Origin: Dimorphilus gyrociliatus
Lineage: Eukaryota > Animalia > Annelida
Length of the DNA stretch: 64,000 nt
Direction: 5' to 3'
NCBI GenBank assembly: GCA_904063045.1
Contig: CAJFCJ010000006.1
Span: 3,674,408-3,738,407 of the forward strand
The notes beneath the pieces are model-generated. The model saw only the letters and a program-made list of their open reading frames with translations, made no database searches and had not been told where the DNA came from. This document shows positions 47,561 through 60,399 of this stretch, piece after piece (within the stretch, counting starts at the first letter, position 1; every line of letters begins with the position of its first letter). The translations under genes and the position numbers were made by a program.

Positions 47561-50500
47561 ATGGCGGCTGTTTGGTCTAATCAAGCAATCGCTAAAGATA
47601 TATCAACAACTCATGATGTGGAAGCTGAAAAATTACTTGTTCAATTAGATAAAGGTCTTATTTAAATTATAGATATCCAATTTTTTTTATTTATTCCATG
47701 AATTTTTATGATAATCTAAAATATACTGAGCGATATTCAACCCTTTTAGGCCTTCGTTCATCAAACAGAGGCGAACAATGTGAGGCAATATTGAAATGTT
47801 CGGATTTATTTAACAAGCATCCTTTCCCTGTTATAATTAATTCTGCCTTTATTAAACTAGCTGATTTATTTTTGGATAGGTTAGCTTTTCTCTTATATAA
47901 TGTGAACCTTGAATAATTTATGGAATATCTGCTTTTTAGCTCAAATTTAGTTCGATTAAGAATTGTAAGTTTAGCGGAACAAAATGAAAAGCACGTTGAA
48001 AAACTTATAAGCATCGAGGAAATAACAAGGAAAATATATTCCGTAATGCATAGCAACGACGCTGTAGCTAGAGCAATTACACTACGGTACGTAATTTTCC
48101 GTTAGACGTTGAAGCCTTATTAAATAAAAGATAATGACGACAATTTACAACAGGTTAATGGCAGCTATGGCAATAATTTTAAATGATGAAAAAAATGTAC
48201 AACATAGTATAGTTAACAGCTTAGATTCAAACGATCATGCTGAACAACAAGCAGCCATTCATGCTGCTAAAAAGTTTACAAATTGGAATAGGTTAATAAA
48301 CAAATTATTCAACATTCTCAATTATTTATTATTTGAAATAATTTGATTATTTTTTATTTCACCTAAAGGTTATTTTCGATTAACTTAGTCCCAAAATTAG
48401 AACATATGATAGAAGATAATTCAACATCTCCCTCTTTTAAATTACAATTGATTTCTATATTTCAATATACTTATCATGATACAAAAACTGTGTATAGAGT
48501 AAGTTAATTAAAAATATACTTAATCCGTTTAATGTTTATCATATGCAATAGGTTAGAAAATTTTGTATAAAGCTTCTTAATACTTTTACATCAGAGGAGT
48601 TTGTTTCTGAAATTCTTCATACGCTTACGCTGTTATCTGCAAACTTTCGGTTCGACGCTCCCGATCAAGTAAGCCTTCTTTGACAATGTGGAATTATTAT
48701 ACAATATTTCTGTTATTTATAAAAACAGGTTGAATTATTATTATGTTATATTTTGAAAGAAATAGATAGACCTAAAATTGGCATTTTATGCATGGAGGAC
48801 ATGTCTTATCTTGTTGAGCACGTTCCGCAAATGTGGAAACCATGTCATATTGAAGTATTTATACATTAATTAACACAGCTACAAGCATTTTAAATGTTTA
48901 ATTTAAATAAAGGCTCTATTTTCTTTGGCCACTGGAAAACGCAAACTTGCACAAGATTCGAACGATAGAAAAGATGTGTCAGGCCTAGCAGAGGTCACTG
49001 ATTCTTCAGCAACCCTTAATTCCATGGAAGTTGACGAAAAAGAAGAAGATTTAGAAGATGGTGAACTTGAATCTGATGAAGAGGAGAGCTCTCAGCCACA
49101 TCAAGATTTAGATACAAAAGAAACTATAGTTTTGGTTAAAGAGGAAGAAAAATTGAAAAAGTTCTCCATCAATGACATAATGCAATTATTTGATGCTGAT
49201 ATGTCTCAAGATGACTTTATTAATAGGATGAAGGAGAGAAAGAAACATGGAGAAATAATTATAACTAATGATATAACTAAAATGATAATGTGGATACTCT
49301 ACTCATTGTCTTCATCGGTTGCTGTGCACTTCTTTAATTTTTCAACTGGTAATTTTATTAACATAAATTATTTAGGAATAATTTTACCATGCTGTGCAAA
49401 TTTAGATGCTCTACTAAACATCTGCGAAGAATTTACCACTAATCCAGATCTTGAATTAGCCGCTCTAGCAACAAGAGTTCTCTCAAACGTCTCCATTCAC
49501 AATGTTAAACGTTAGTTTTATTAAAAACGATATCAGGTGTAACTTTTACAATAACACTTTTTCGTCTAATGTAAAATTGTAGATGGACATGTCGATAAGG
49601 CCTTGAATTTTTCCAAGGATTCTCTATTAACTATATTTCGTGCGTCACTTCTCGATAAAAACATTGAAGCTGTGAAGGTATTTTGTAAACATTTTGATGT
49701 TTGCGAACAATTTACATTTAACCTTTAACTCTTCAGATTTGTACAAGGTGTTTGATATTTTTATGCTATAGCGCGAGGCAGTTTTTGAGTGAGTTAATTG
49801 GATGTATGATGGAATTTGTTGAAGTTGCTCCTGGTAATATTATTTTTACAATTGATAACCTTTCATTAAGTTACTTCTATTTTAACCTCAGAAAATGTTG
49901 CTCATCTATTAATTAGTGTTGCTGTCGCTGCTGGTTGTAATCACAGAGCTATCGCATCACTACACCAGGAAAATGCTATTAATAAACTGAAGGAAATATG
50001 TCAAAATAACAAATATGACGAACGATTATTAGTAAGTTGAATCAAACTGACAAATGCTTGTGGTTTCTTTACTTAATTTTATATTTTTTATTATTATTTT
50101 ATATTCCAATTACAGTTAGCTCAAACTACTTTGGTTCTACTATGCTGTGACACGGAAGATATTAAAGAATTTAAACCTTATCTAGATGGTGATGTTCTTC
50201 CGAAAATGAAGGCAAAAAGTCATCATCAATTAGCTATGCAATGTATTAGATTTGGGCATTTTGAGTTGGGGATAGACTTGTTGGAAAACGTTAAGGCCAA
50301 GGTTAATTTACTTTTTTTCTTTGAAATTAGTTTGTTTAATTTTTTTTAAACCTTAAATTAATATATAATAGGCGTCTACTGAGAATATCCATCTATTTCT
50401 ATCGGCTTTAGTAGATGTATGCAAAGCTGAGGCTGGTCTTGAGAAAGAAGAATTGAATAGTGAAGAAATATCTGATAAATTAAACAATGCACAGAAATAT

Positions 50501-52222
50501 TATCAAAAAGCACTTGCAGAATTACAAGTAATGTTTTATTCATAAATACTTTTTATTGACCTATTTAACAAATATATTCTTTTTAATTTTTTTTTTATTA
50601 AATTCAGGCGTCATCTTGTTTAAGAGAACTTCGAAAATTTCAATGCAAATATATTGAAATGCGTTGTAAATTTTTCTATTCCTTACAAAGATTGTTAACC
50701 GTTTGCTGCAGTTTTCAAACGTATCCACCAACTGCAGTGTCAGCTGGTAGAGCCCAATCTCTCGGTCACGAATTCTACAAGTGTGAGCATATTTTAGATC
50801 AAGTAAGTTGAATAATTATTGGATTTTTTTTTTATTTTAACGAAATATTTATTTAGTTTGATAGTATTATGGAGAATTTTCAAGAGATAGAAGAATCCTA
50901 CAATGGCTTGAGAAGTCTTAGTTTTAATGCTGATTCAATTACCTTGGAGAAGATAGATTTGTAAGCTTGCTTCTTTTCTTTACGTTTAAAGACTTATCAA
51001 CTCCTAATTTACCAATACAAATACAGATTACAGAAATGCTGTTCTATTATCAAGCTCATTTTATCATTGTTCTCAAGGAGGTGTAGAGGGTAAGATTTTC
51101 AAATTTTATCTAAAATTTCAGTGTTGTTTTTTTTCTTTTTACATATATAATCTCATTTTAGGGAAGATGTCGGAGCTGCCTCGGTGCTTGGTTACGTAAA
51201 AAAGACGGATGACGCAACTGTATTAGTTCAACATGCCGAAAATGAAAATTTACAAATAGTTTGCACGGATGTTTGTCAAGCACTAGGAAATATTGTTTTT
51301 CCAGAACCATTAAAAGCCCTTACAGCTGAGGTTAGTTTAAAAAAAATACAAATAAAATAATCGAAATTCTATGTGATATACAGCAAATGGAATTTTTAAG
51401 TAGTGTTATTCTTTCAATGACTTGTATACAATTACCGCTTCCCAAGCTGTTTTTTCAATCAACTCAATTAACTACAATTAAGGTAGGATAAAATTCTTAT
51501 GGGAATTTCGTGAAACACATAAAAATATTTGATTGTTACCTATCCCAGCTGAATATCAGCCCCCATAAATCTTCAGGTGAATACGTATCATTAAAAATTG
51601 AAAATCGCCTCACTCTAAAGGTAAAAAGCACTTGAAAAATTTCTAGTTTATTTAACTGTTTGTTTATTAATCTTAATTGGAAAGTTATTAAAAAATAACA
51701 AGACAAAAAAACTACTTTATCATCATTATAGATTGAAGGTGTTATCGAACATTGCGGCCGAAAGGACTATTATAGGTCAGTTGAACGGGTTCAGATATCG
51801 GTCCATTCGAGTCAAGAAAGTAAATCAACGATAGTAAGAGACCTTGAGAAGGTAAATTGATAATAAAGAAAATATTTTATTTACTATTTAATTAGTATGA
51901 ATATGATATTCTTTGAGTAAAATATTCAAAATCATTAAAATGCATATACTTTTATTATAACTAGGAGGTTAAAAGTGTTCCAAATGAGTTGAGTAAAATG
52001 GTTGTTCCTCACAATGATTATTTTGCCGCGGAATTCATTTTGGCTTTTCCAAGCGCTGGTATGCATCTGGTTCGTATTGACACTGCAGTTCAAGATGAAA
52101 AGGGCATTTTGTGGAACACTGGACCGAGTGCTACCTTGAACGTTAGATCTTACGATGAAAAAGCAATGCTTCAGCAACATCATAAAGATATTGTTCAAAA
52201 ATATAATATTTCTAGACCGTAA
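47561..52222 (+). CDS. INTS7: Integrator complex subunit 7 (many short exons)
   Basis: LVQLDK|GLRSSNRGEQCEAI...HPFPVIINSAFIKLADLF, HSNDAVARAITLR, HSIVNSLDSND, and C-terminal PHNDYFAAEFILAF...QDEKGILWNTGP match INTS7. Head-to-head with SINHCAF about 610 nt apart. Confidence 0.93.
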
Positions 52223-52282
52223 AATATAATAAATATTCCTTTTATTAGTAATGTCTTTTACGTATTTTCGTTCATCCTTCAT

Positions 52283-53041
52283 TTATCTAACTCTAACTGG
52301 AGTTCGCTTGAGCTTTCTATCCCTTAATCCAAGCCAATCTTGTAAATCCCTCCTTTTACAGCCATTACCCATTCGTATTCCTCCACTTATTCCATACGGG
52401 CAAACACTTTTAACTTGTTCAAGAGATTCGTCGCTTTTATTTTTCCATTCATCCTTGATTGAATGGCCAAGAGAGCATAAATTATGTGGAAGAGAATTAG
52501 ATTGCTGTAATTTAGGTATTTCTATTTCAAGTGAAGATCTTCTATGCGCAATTAATAAATCAGCAGAACTGTCTACAGGAGACTTTGATGTTTGTAGAGG
52601 TAGCTTTCTCTTTTGAAGATTAATATCGGTATTTTTAGCATTTAAAATAATTCTCCTTTCAATGTCCAAATATTTTAATCTTCTATTTAAATCATTCTAA
52701 TTATGTATATTTGAAAATAATTAGTCTAATTAAATTGATGTATATATAAATATATAATAAGAGATAATATAACAAACCTGTATTGTATTATTTGTTCTAT
52801 GAGCTTGTCTTTCCTTAGGTGTCATCTTTTCGCCAATATTTCCAATTTTAGTCTGATTCGAAGCCATATTGACAAGTGAAAGTTGCCAAAAATATCTCTT
52901 TTCTTTATCAGAATATGTTGTAAAGCTACTGATATTCGATAAAAAGAGATAAGCGCCTCAGTAGTCTAAGATGGTAATGCGAGAGATACTATCTTCGAAC
53001 AACGTTGTATAAGTAAGGACTGGGTCATGAATCGATGCCAT
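52283..53041 (-). other. Candidate gene of unknown function with an in-frame TGA (pseudogene, readthrough or error)
   Basis: Strong acceptor before 53086, donor after 52778, acceptor near 52684 and a 133-codon terminal ORF. Every consistent splice model into that ORF crosses one TGA or needs a weak acceptor. Confidence 0.35.
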
Positions 53042-53764
53042 TCGCTTAAACGTATTGCAATAGTTTTCGATGCAGACTAATGAAGGCTGAAAAGAGATAG
53101 AGATAGAGAGAGAGACAGAGAGAAAGTATTTCTAAAAGAAAAGCAAAGCGAGAGAGGAAAAGTTAGCTTCCTTTTTGTATTATTTCCTTTCGAATATAAT
53201 CTGGTATTAGTCTTGAATAATTCATGCAATCATTTGAAAGCCTATTGTGACCTAGGCTTCGATAAATTACTTTTTTTATATTTCAGGCGTTTGATGCTCG
53301 GAGATATGGAGTATAAGAGATAATCGGACGCCTACTCAACATATAAATTAAATTTTTTTATGCGGTTGTTTCTTCAAGCTAACTTATAACTTTGAAACAT
53401 TATGTAATGTTTGTTGAGTACTTTGAAACATGCTCTAATAACCTGGTCCTATCTAAAAATATATTAAGGAGCGTGTAATTTTAGATTTAATCAGATAAAT
53501 CTTCTAATTTTATATTATTACTATATTAGCTTGCAAAATATAGAAATCTCAATTGACTAGGCCGACGTAAACGTATACCTGTAGGCTAAGATTGATTCGG
53601 AAGTCTGTATATAAATGTTTCAGATAAAATGATGAAATTCTACAATGTTTTTAAACCAATTCTTAACCATATGTCAATTCGCACAACGTGTAATAAGGAT
53701 AAGAATATCTCTCGTTCTTTTTACAAAAATTCTATCTCCTCCTTTTATTGTACAATCAGTCAGA

Positions 53765-55138
53765 ATGAAGATAGTATTTAGTTTATTCCTTTTATTGAGC
53801 GTCTCTTTAGCGACTGAAGTTTACCGTCCCGTTCGAAAAGAATCACAGAGGAATGTCTTAAATATAGAAATAAAAAAATTGCATGAAAATGTCAGGATGG
53901 CCGAAAAGAGAATAGAGAACTTAAAGAGTTCTATTAAAGATCCAAAAGCTTGCCCTATAAAGTATGAGGAAAAGAGTATGGAGCTTGATATGTGCGCTTC
54001 GTCGCTTAGCGATTGTATTAATATGAAGCAGGATCAAAAAATGATTAGGTTAATCTTCAACCAATAAATATATACAGCTTTTAATATAGAATTCATGATA
54101 AATTCTTGTAAATAGATATTTTACTGAAAAGAAACAAAATACAACTAGAGAGGAACTTAATAAAGCTTTGGAAAAAATCGAATCATTAGAATCCGCATTA
54201 AAAATGGAAAAGAAAGACCTAGACATATTTTGCTCTGAAGAAAAAGAAATGCTTAAACAATTGAAAGAAGAGCTTAAAGCTGCTTCTAAAAAAGTTGAAA
54301 AGAAAGATGTCAAAAGGTAACGATAAGATTTTATCATTTGCGATGAAATCTGTAAAAAATTTTCTCTAATATTTTCTTCTTTAGAACTGATTGTCAACAT
54401 GAATTGGAGCAACATAAAATGATGGTCAACGGAATGAAACAATTAGTTGATTTTCAATTACCAGAAACAGAAAAAGAAAGAAATAAATTGAAAGAAGAAT
54501 TAGGTAGCATATTGATAAATAAGCCGTATTGTAGCTAATATTTATTTATATTTTCTTTGTTCAGAGGAGTTAAGAAAGGAGTGCTCCGCTAAACCATCAA
54601 AGCCATCAAAAGGATGTTTAGAAGAGAAAGAAATGATTAAACAACTAAGACAAGAATTAAATTCTAAAGATGATAGTGGAAGCTCTGATGATTTGGAGTT
54701 TGTAGATAGATATATATAGATAGATAGATAAATACAGTATGTATATGTATATTAAATACTATCAATTGTGTTATTATAACAGAATGTGTCGTGGAGAATT
54801 GGAACAGGTGAAAATGATGAACTCTGGAATGGATCAACTTATTAAGTATCAACTTCCTGAAACTGAGAAGGAAAGAGATCAATTAAAACAAGAAATAGGT
54901 AAGGGAAAGTTAAGAATTATGCATAATATCTTCAATGTTGGAAAGGAATTGTACTTTCTTCTTAAAAAAAACAGAAAAAATGATTGAAGAGGAAAAGAAT
55001 CGTAGTAAAACTTGGCTCTTCTTCGTTTTTACAACTATGATCTTGACTACTTATAACGTATACCAATGGATAGCATCCGTTGTAGAAAAGAATCAAAAGA
55101 CTAGTCCAAGATCTATGGCTGGTAAAAAGAAGCAATAA
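53765..55138 (+). CDS. Uncharacterised type I membrane coiled-coil protein with duplicated exon modules and a KKxx tail, 6 exons
   Basis: Signal peptide MKIVFSLFLLLSVSLA. Exon phases 2,2,1,2,1 are consistent. Repeated ..CxEEKEM(L/I)KQL.. and ..C..ELEQ.KMM..GM.QL..(F/Y)QLPETEKER..LK.E segments, TM WLFFVFTTMILTTYNVYQWI, and end MAGKKKQ*. Confidence 0.8.
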
Positions 55139-55259
55139 TTAATGATTTTTCATTGTTTCTGATTAGTAGAACGTAATAAAATTGTATTTAAATAAAAAAC
55201 AAAAAACAAATATTTCTAGTGTCATTTGAAATACTTTTTAGTTTTAGCCTTCTAAACAG

Positions 55260-57409
55260 TTACTTTTTTGGCCAAATTCTAATTACAACCCCCTGCGAAG
55301 GGGACATTTTTATCTTATCTAATCGACTAATTGTACTGCCAGGTATCTCTTTTGGATGAGTAGAGAAGAGAACGAAACCATCATCGGGAACAAAATGACC
55401 AGGTGGTGGAAAATTTCCGGAATATTTTGTAAAGTCAACCGTTTCAGCTTTCGTACCAAAATTAAATGCTACGATATATGCTGGTGAACCATTAAACCAT
55501 CGGATATAAGATAAAATATTGTCTGTAATAATGGCCCAATCGAAATTTCCCATTTGGAAGGATTTTTCCTGCCTTAACCATGATAATCTCCTATATAATC
55601 TCAAGGTGTTATCATCATGATCGCTATTTTTTTGATTCTGTTCGTACAGTGATTTTTTAAAAACATTGTTATAAGAGACAATTGTTCATTATACCTCAAC
55701 GTTAAGTGTTTTATAATTACTATGAACCGGAAGCCAAGGCTTTTTGGCCATTGTAAAGCCTGCATTTCGAGAATCAGACCATTGCATAGGTGTTCTACTA
55801 GGATCTCTAGAGAATTCTTCATATCTTTTGGGTCCGAAATTAACTCCATAAGGATCTACTGTATCTTCAAATGAAATTTTGGGACCAACCATACCAATTT
55901 CTTCTCCGTAGTAAGTAAACGGAGTACCTGGTAAAGTTAAAAGTAACATGTTGAATGCGCCTATAAAGTCTTCGCCCATTCTATTTCCAAGTCTCATTCT
56001 ATCGTGATTTCCTAACTGTATAATAAATTTCATAATGATTAGCGCTCTGCTTGTCATTTATAATTTTCCAAATACATACCACCCAATTGGGCCACCGTCC
56101 CTTGGGTAGTTCCTGCAACCAACTATTAATCAAAACTCTAATGCATTTAACGCCGCAAGTCTTATTCATCTGTAGTAAATTAAAATTGAAAGGGAAATCG
56201 GTTTCTCCTTCGTAATACATCGATGGATTTGAGAAAGATTCCGTAACCATAAATCTGTTTTAACAATATAATACACAAGGTGGCGCTCAGTGATAATAAA
56301 AAAAATAATTACATATATTTGTTAGATTTTCTTTCATATTCTGTGAAATATTTTCTCCATGATCTAATAACTTCAATTGTTTCGGGTTGATCCATTGTGT
56401 AGACATGATTATAATGCTCAGCCTGATCGGGTGTTGTATTGGGTAGACCACTTAGAGGTTCATTTTTAAAAGCTTTATCTTCAAATAAATGACTAATGGC
56501 ATCTATTCTAAAACCATCAACTCCTTTTCCTAACCAAAACTTTAAAATATCCTACAGAAATATACGCAATTGATAACAAGTAAATAAATATATATTATTA
56601 ACAATCAACCGACTATCATTTCCTTCTGAACTTCCGGATTCCTAAAATTTAAATCAGGTTGCTCTTTTGTAAATTGATGAAGGTAAAATGCCTGTCTGCT
56701 TTCATCCCAAGTCCACATAGGACCTCCAAATACACTAACCCAGTTGTTTGGAGGAATTCTAGTGCCATTAGCCATTTGCTTTCCCTTCCTCCAGATGTAA
56801 TAATCTTTATATTTTATATCGCCTTTTCGGCTTAGTTGGAACCATTCGTGCTGATCACTCGAATGATTGGGAACAAAGTCCATTATTATTTTTATTTCTA
56901 CAATTTTAAAAAAAGGAATAATTATCAATTCGCTTAAGATAAAATAAACTATATAGTGTACCTTTTTTATGGGCCGCTCGAATAAGATTCTCAAAATCAT
57001 CCATTGAACCAAATATCGGATCAATTGCTTTAAAATCGGATATATCGTATCCAAAATCGACCATAGGTGACTTGTACACGGGACTCAGCCATAAAGCTCC
57101 TATTTTCAGCCATTTAAAGTGTTCTAAACGGCTTTCGATTCCTTTTAAATCTCCAATTCCATCACCATCGGAATCTTGGAAAGAACGGGGATATATTTGA
57201 TAAACGATAGACCTTTTCCACCAAGTTTTGTCAATTCTCTTGCTGCCAAATAAGGTATTAGTCCATTTAGGATCGTAAAAGCAGACGGCTAAAGTTAAAG
57301 CAAGAATAAACATAAAAAAAAAGAGAGGTCGATTTTCTCCGTCTATAGGAAGTCTATCGGGATTATCCTTGCCACCACGCGGTTTGTCTTTTTTCTTACC
57401 ATCCGACAT
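55260..57409 (-). CDS. Type II membrane GH13 alpha-glucosidase (maltase / SLC3A1-rBAT-like)
   Basis: Short cytoplasmic N-terminus, [105 protein letters not shown]. Confidence 0.92.
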
Positions 57410-58454
57410 TTCTACCTATATGGATTAAAGTGATCGCCTAATACCTTTTTAAAGACTTAGACGAGTTCTAACTCATGTCAAAGGTGTAGAGTACGATTAT
57501 TTCTTATCAAACATACTGATAAGATGAAATACAGATTGCACAGAAGGTTCTAGTAGTCTCTTCTGTATTTGTATATTAATTCTGTAACTGAGGAATGACC
57601 GATAAAATTGTTATAATTAATGTCCTTTATCTATATTATAATGGAAATTTTCTTACGAATTCGAAAACTAATGAATCAAGGAATAAACCAATATAACCAT
57701 TATCTATACTTCTTATTTAATAGTCCTACTTTCTCCTTTGTTCAAACCATAAATCTTTTCGCACTCTCTCCTAGCTGCTCTTCCTGTTTACCTTACAGTT
57801 CATAGTCTGAAGGAGGGGAGAAAATAGAGATTAGATAAATTATTTACTACTTAAAAAAAAGTAGAACGATAATATTTGTTATATTTCTCCTTCGAAAAGA
57901 ATAATAAAAGGAATTTATTGACCTATTAGGATCATTAGACATAGATAATAAAAATTGATTTCATACGTATAGAAAGATGTCCGGTAGAACGTTTGAATTA
58001 AGTTACTTCTTACAGATTGAATTTGTTTAAACGATTCTAAATGGTATACGGCAATCAATAGCTTTATAAAAGATCTATACATACAAATACTATGTTCTTA
58101 ACAAAACATCCTATCTCGTTTTTAAGTTCTATAATCGATCTGTGTTAAGCTTTTTTCATGTCTATTTTTACCTTAAATAAAGGTTGAATATTTCTTTTAA
58201 GAAAGTGTACACTTTACATTTTTATTATATTCTCTTCTATTAAATAGAACGTTCTATTTTAAGAATTCTCTTCCCAGCTATTTACAAAGAAATTACACTC
58301 TATTCAATTCTCAATTATATAACCTATTAAAGGAACTTTATTGGTCTTATATTGAAATTTTATAATCTTATTAAAGGAATCAGGAAAATTACTTTATTTA
58401 AGAGATAATCGCTGTTCAATATAACTGAATGGTTGTTATTTTTTTAATTTACAA

Positions 58455-58673
58455 AAGATGGCGCTCGTCTTTTTAGACTACTCAGTCAATATGTGATCTT
58501 TTTGTTAGCTATACCAATCTATTAGCATACACTTTTAACAAGAGCTGGGAGGGGGAAAAGTTGAGAAAGGGTTAGTAATTGTTGACGAAACATGTCTTTC
58601 TAAAAAGGCTCTTAGAAAATCTAAGCAAACCATTTAATCTTCTATTGAAATAAAATTTCTTCAAGATGGCGCC
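58455..58673 (+). promoter_or_regulatory. Pair of YY1-type motifs (AAGATGGCG at 58455-58463; CAAGATGGCGCC at 58662-58673)
   Basis: Direct matches to the YY1 core AAGATGGCG in an intergenic region. Confidence 0.3.
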
Positions 58674-59072
58674 ACCTGAGAAATTTGATACCCTAAATTT
58701 ACATAGGCCAAAAAAATTAGCTACCCTCATTGTGTTTATTTCAATAAGAATATTTGTATTAGATATTTATGATAATTAATCACTGACATCAAGTGACAAA
58801 AGTATCTTATTGACCCCTTTCTTAGCCTTTATAAAGACAGACAGCTTAATGAATAGTTTCAACTTGAGCAAAATGTGATATGACCAGTTTTTAAAAATAT
58901 GATCTAGGCTTATAAAATTGAAAATCGTCTTTTAAAAGATATTAGAAACAGCTTGCTTTTGATGTAAAACTTATAATTGAGTAGTAAAACTTTTTAGTAC
59001 CGTTACCCTTTACTCTTTCTTTATTGATAAAGATCTAGGTGAACTGAAAATAAGATCACAAAAACAAACAAA

Positions 59073-60201
59073 TTACAAAACAGAAAATCTTCGTTGGTCC
59101 AACAAATGCCACTTAGTAACTCCTGTATCCCGTAGAATAGGACTGAACTCAGCCCTAGGTACATCTACTAGGCCTAAGCCATCCTCCCCTTCGAGACCTT
59201 CTAAGGCTTCTTCAATCAAGTATTCATTCTCCTCGTACGATTGCTATTCGATATTTTTTTAAGAATAGAAAAAGAAAAAAAAAACCATAAGCAATGAAGC
59301 AAAAGAATAAAGTGTATGATAAAAAAAAAGTAAGTGAAATACTCTTAATAAGAAGGGACTGTAGGAGGGCTCGTACCTGTAAGCGTATTGATAAAATTTC
59401 TTTACGTAACCTCATGAGTTGGCTGGAGAGCATCTGGTCATGAAGTTTCATTTCTCTCTAAGCAGCAAAAAAAAATGGGAGAGGATAAAAAAAAAAAGAG
59501 AAAGAAAGATTGAGAAGAGAAAAAAAGGAATGGTATTAAAACATATCAGCGTTCGTGTCATATCTCAGCGTGACTACATGCTTTATGCCTGGTATTATTT
59601 ACAGACTATTGAAAATGAACGAGGTATTCAATCCCCTTTGATAGGGGTCACTACCGCTTTAAAAACGTACCAGCTCCTTCCTTAGCCAAGCTAAATCTCT
59701 ATTAATCTTTTCCCTCCTTTCTTCATTCCATTCTTCTACATCGGTCAAAGAGCCAACACTTTTGTTTAGAGCGTCCAAGTAGCGTTCTTGCCAAAGACCA
59801 AAACTTCCCCGACGCGTTGCCAATTGAAGTTTATTGGCTAATTGCTTTAATTTGGCCAATTCATCTTGATCTTTTAGTGAAGACCTCCGTCTTAAAAGTC
59901 TTTTCTGAGCAGTTCTAAGCAATAAATTTGGTGATGAGGAAGAGTCGGTTTCTGTCTCGTTCGATTTGCATTCATTCGCTAATTCAGGAATACTTTCTAA
60001 AGTTGATGCACCCCTATCACAAACAGCTAAATGTTGAGGTATATGTTCCAAAGCTCCGTGCCACCATTTCTTTTTCAAGCTATGCAGTGAGGTAGACAGT
60101 AGTGGAGGACTAGAACCAGTATTAGGTTCCTGTGGCATTATAAAACTAACGTCTCTAGTAGGAATTAATTCTTCAGTGACTATAAATTCAGTTTTCTTCA
60201 T
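59073..60201 (-). CDS. FAM167A: FAM167 family protein (DIORA-1-like), 3 coding exons
   Basis: LAKLKQLANKLQLATRRGSFGLWQER, DLAWLRKEL|REMKLHDQMLSSQLMRLRKEILSIRLQ|...ILRDTGVTKWHLLDQRRFSVL* match the conserved FAM167 blocks. Confidence 0.85.
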
Positions 60202-60351
60202 TTCTGTTTACTTTATGCTCCTTTACCCTTAAAGTTTCAATAATACTATTAAATATCTTGTAGAAAGAAGTCCTTCTCGGTTCATATTCCTAAAAAGTAT
60301 CGATCTCAAAAGCGAATTTCCAGCATGATTTAAACTTTATATGTATAGATT

Positions 60352-60365
<14 letters not shown>

Positions 60366-60393
<28 letters not shown>
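60366..60393. repeat. (AT)n microsatellite
   Basis: Direct reading. Confidence 0.85.
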
Positions 60394-60399
<6 letters not shown>

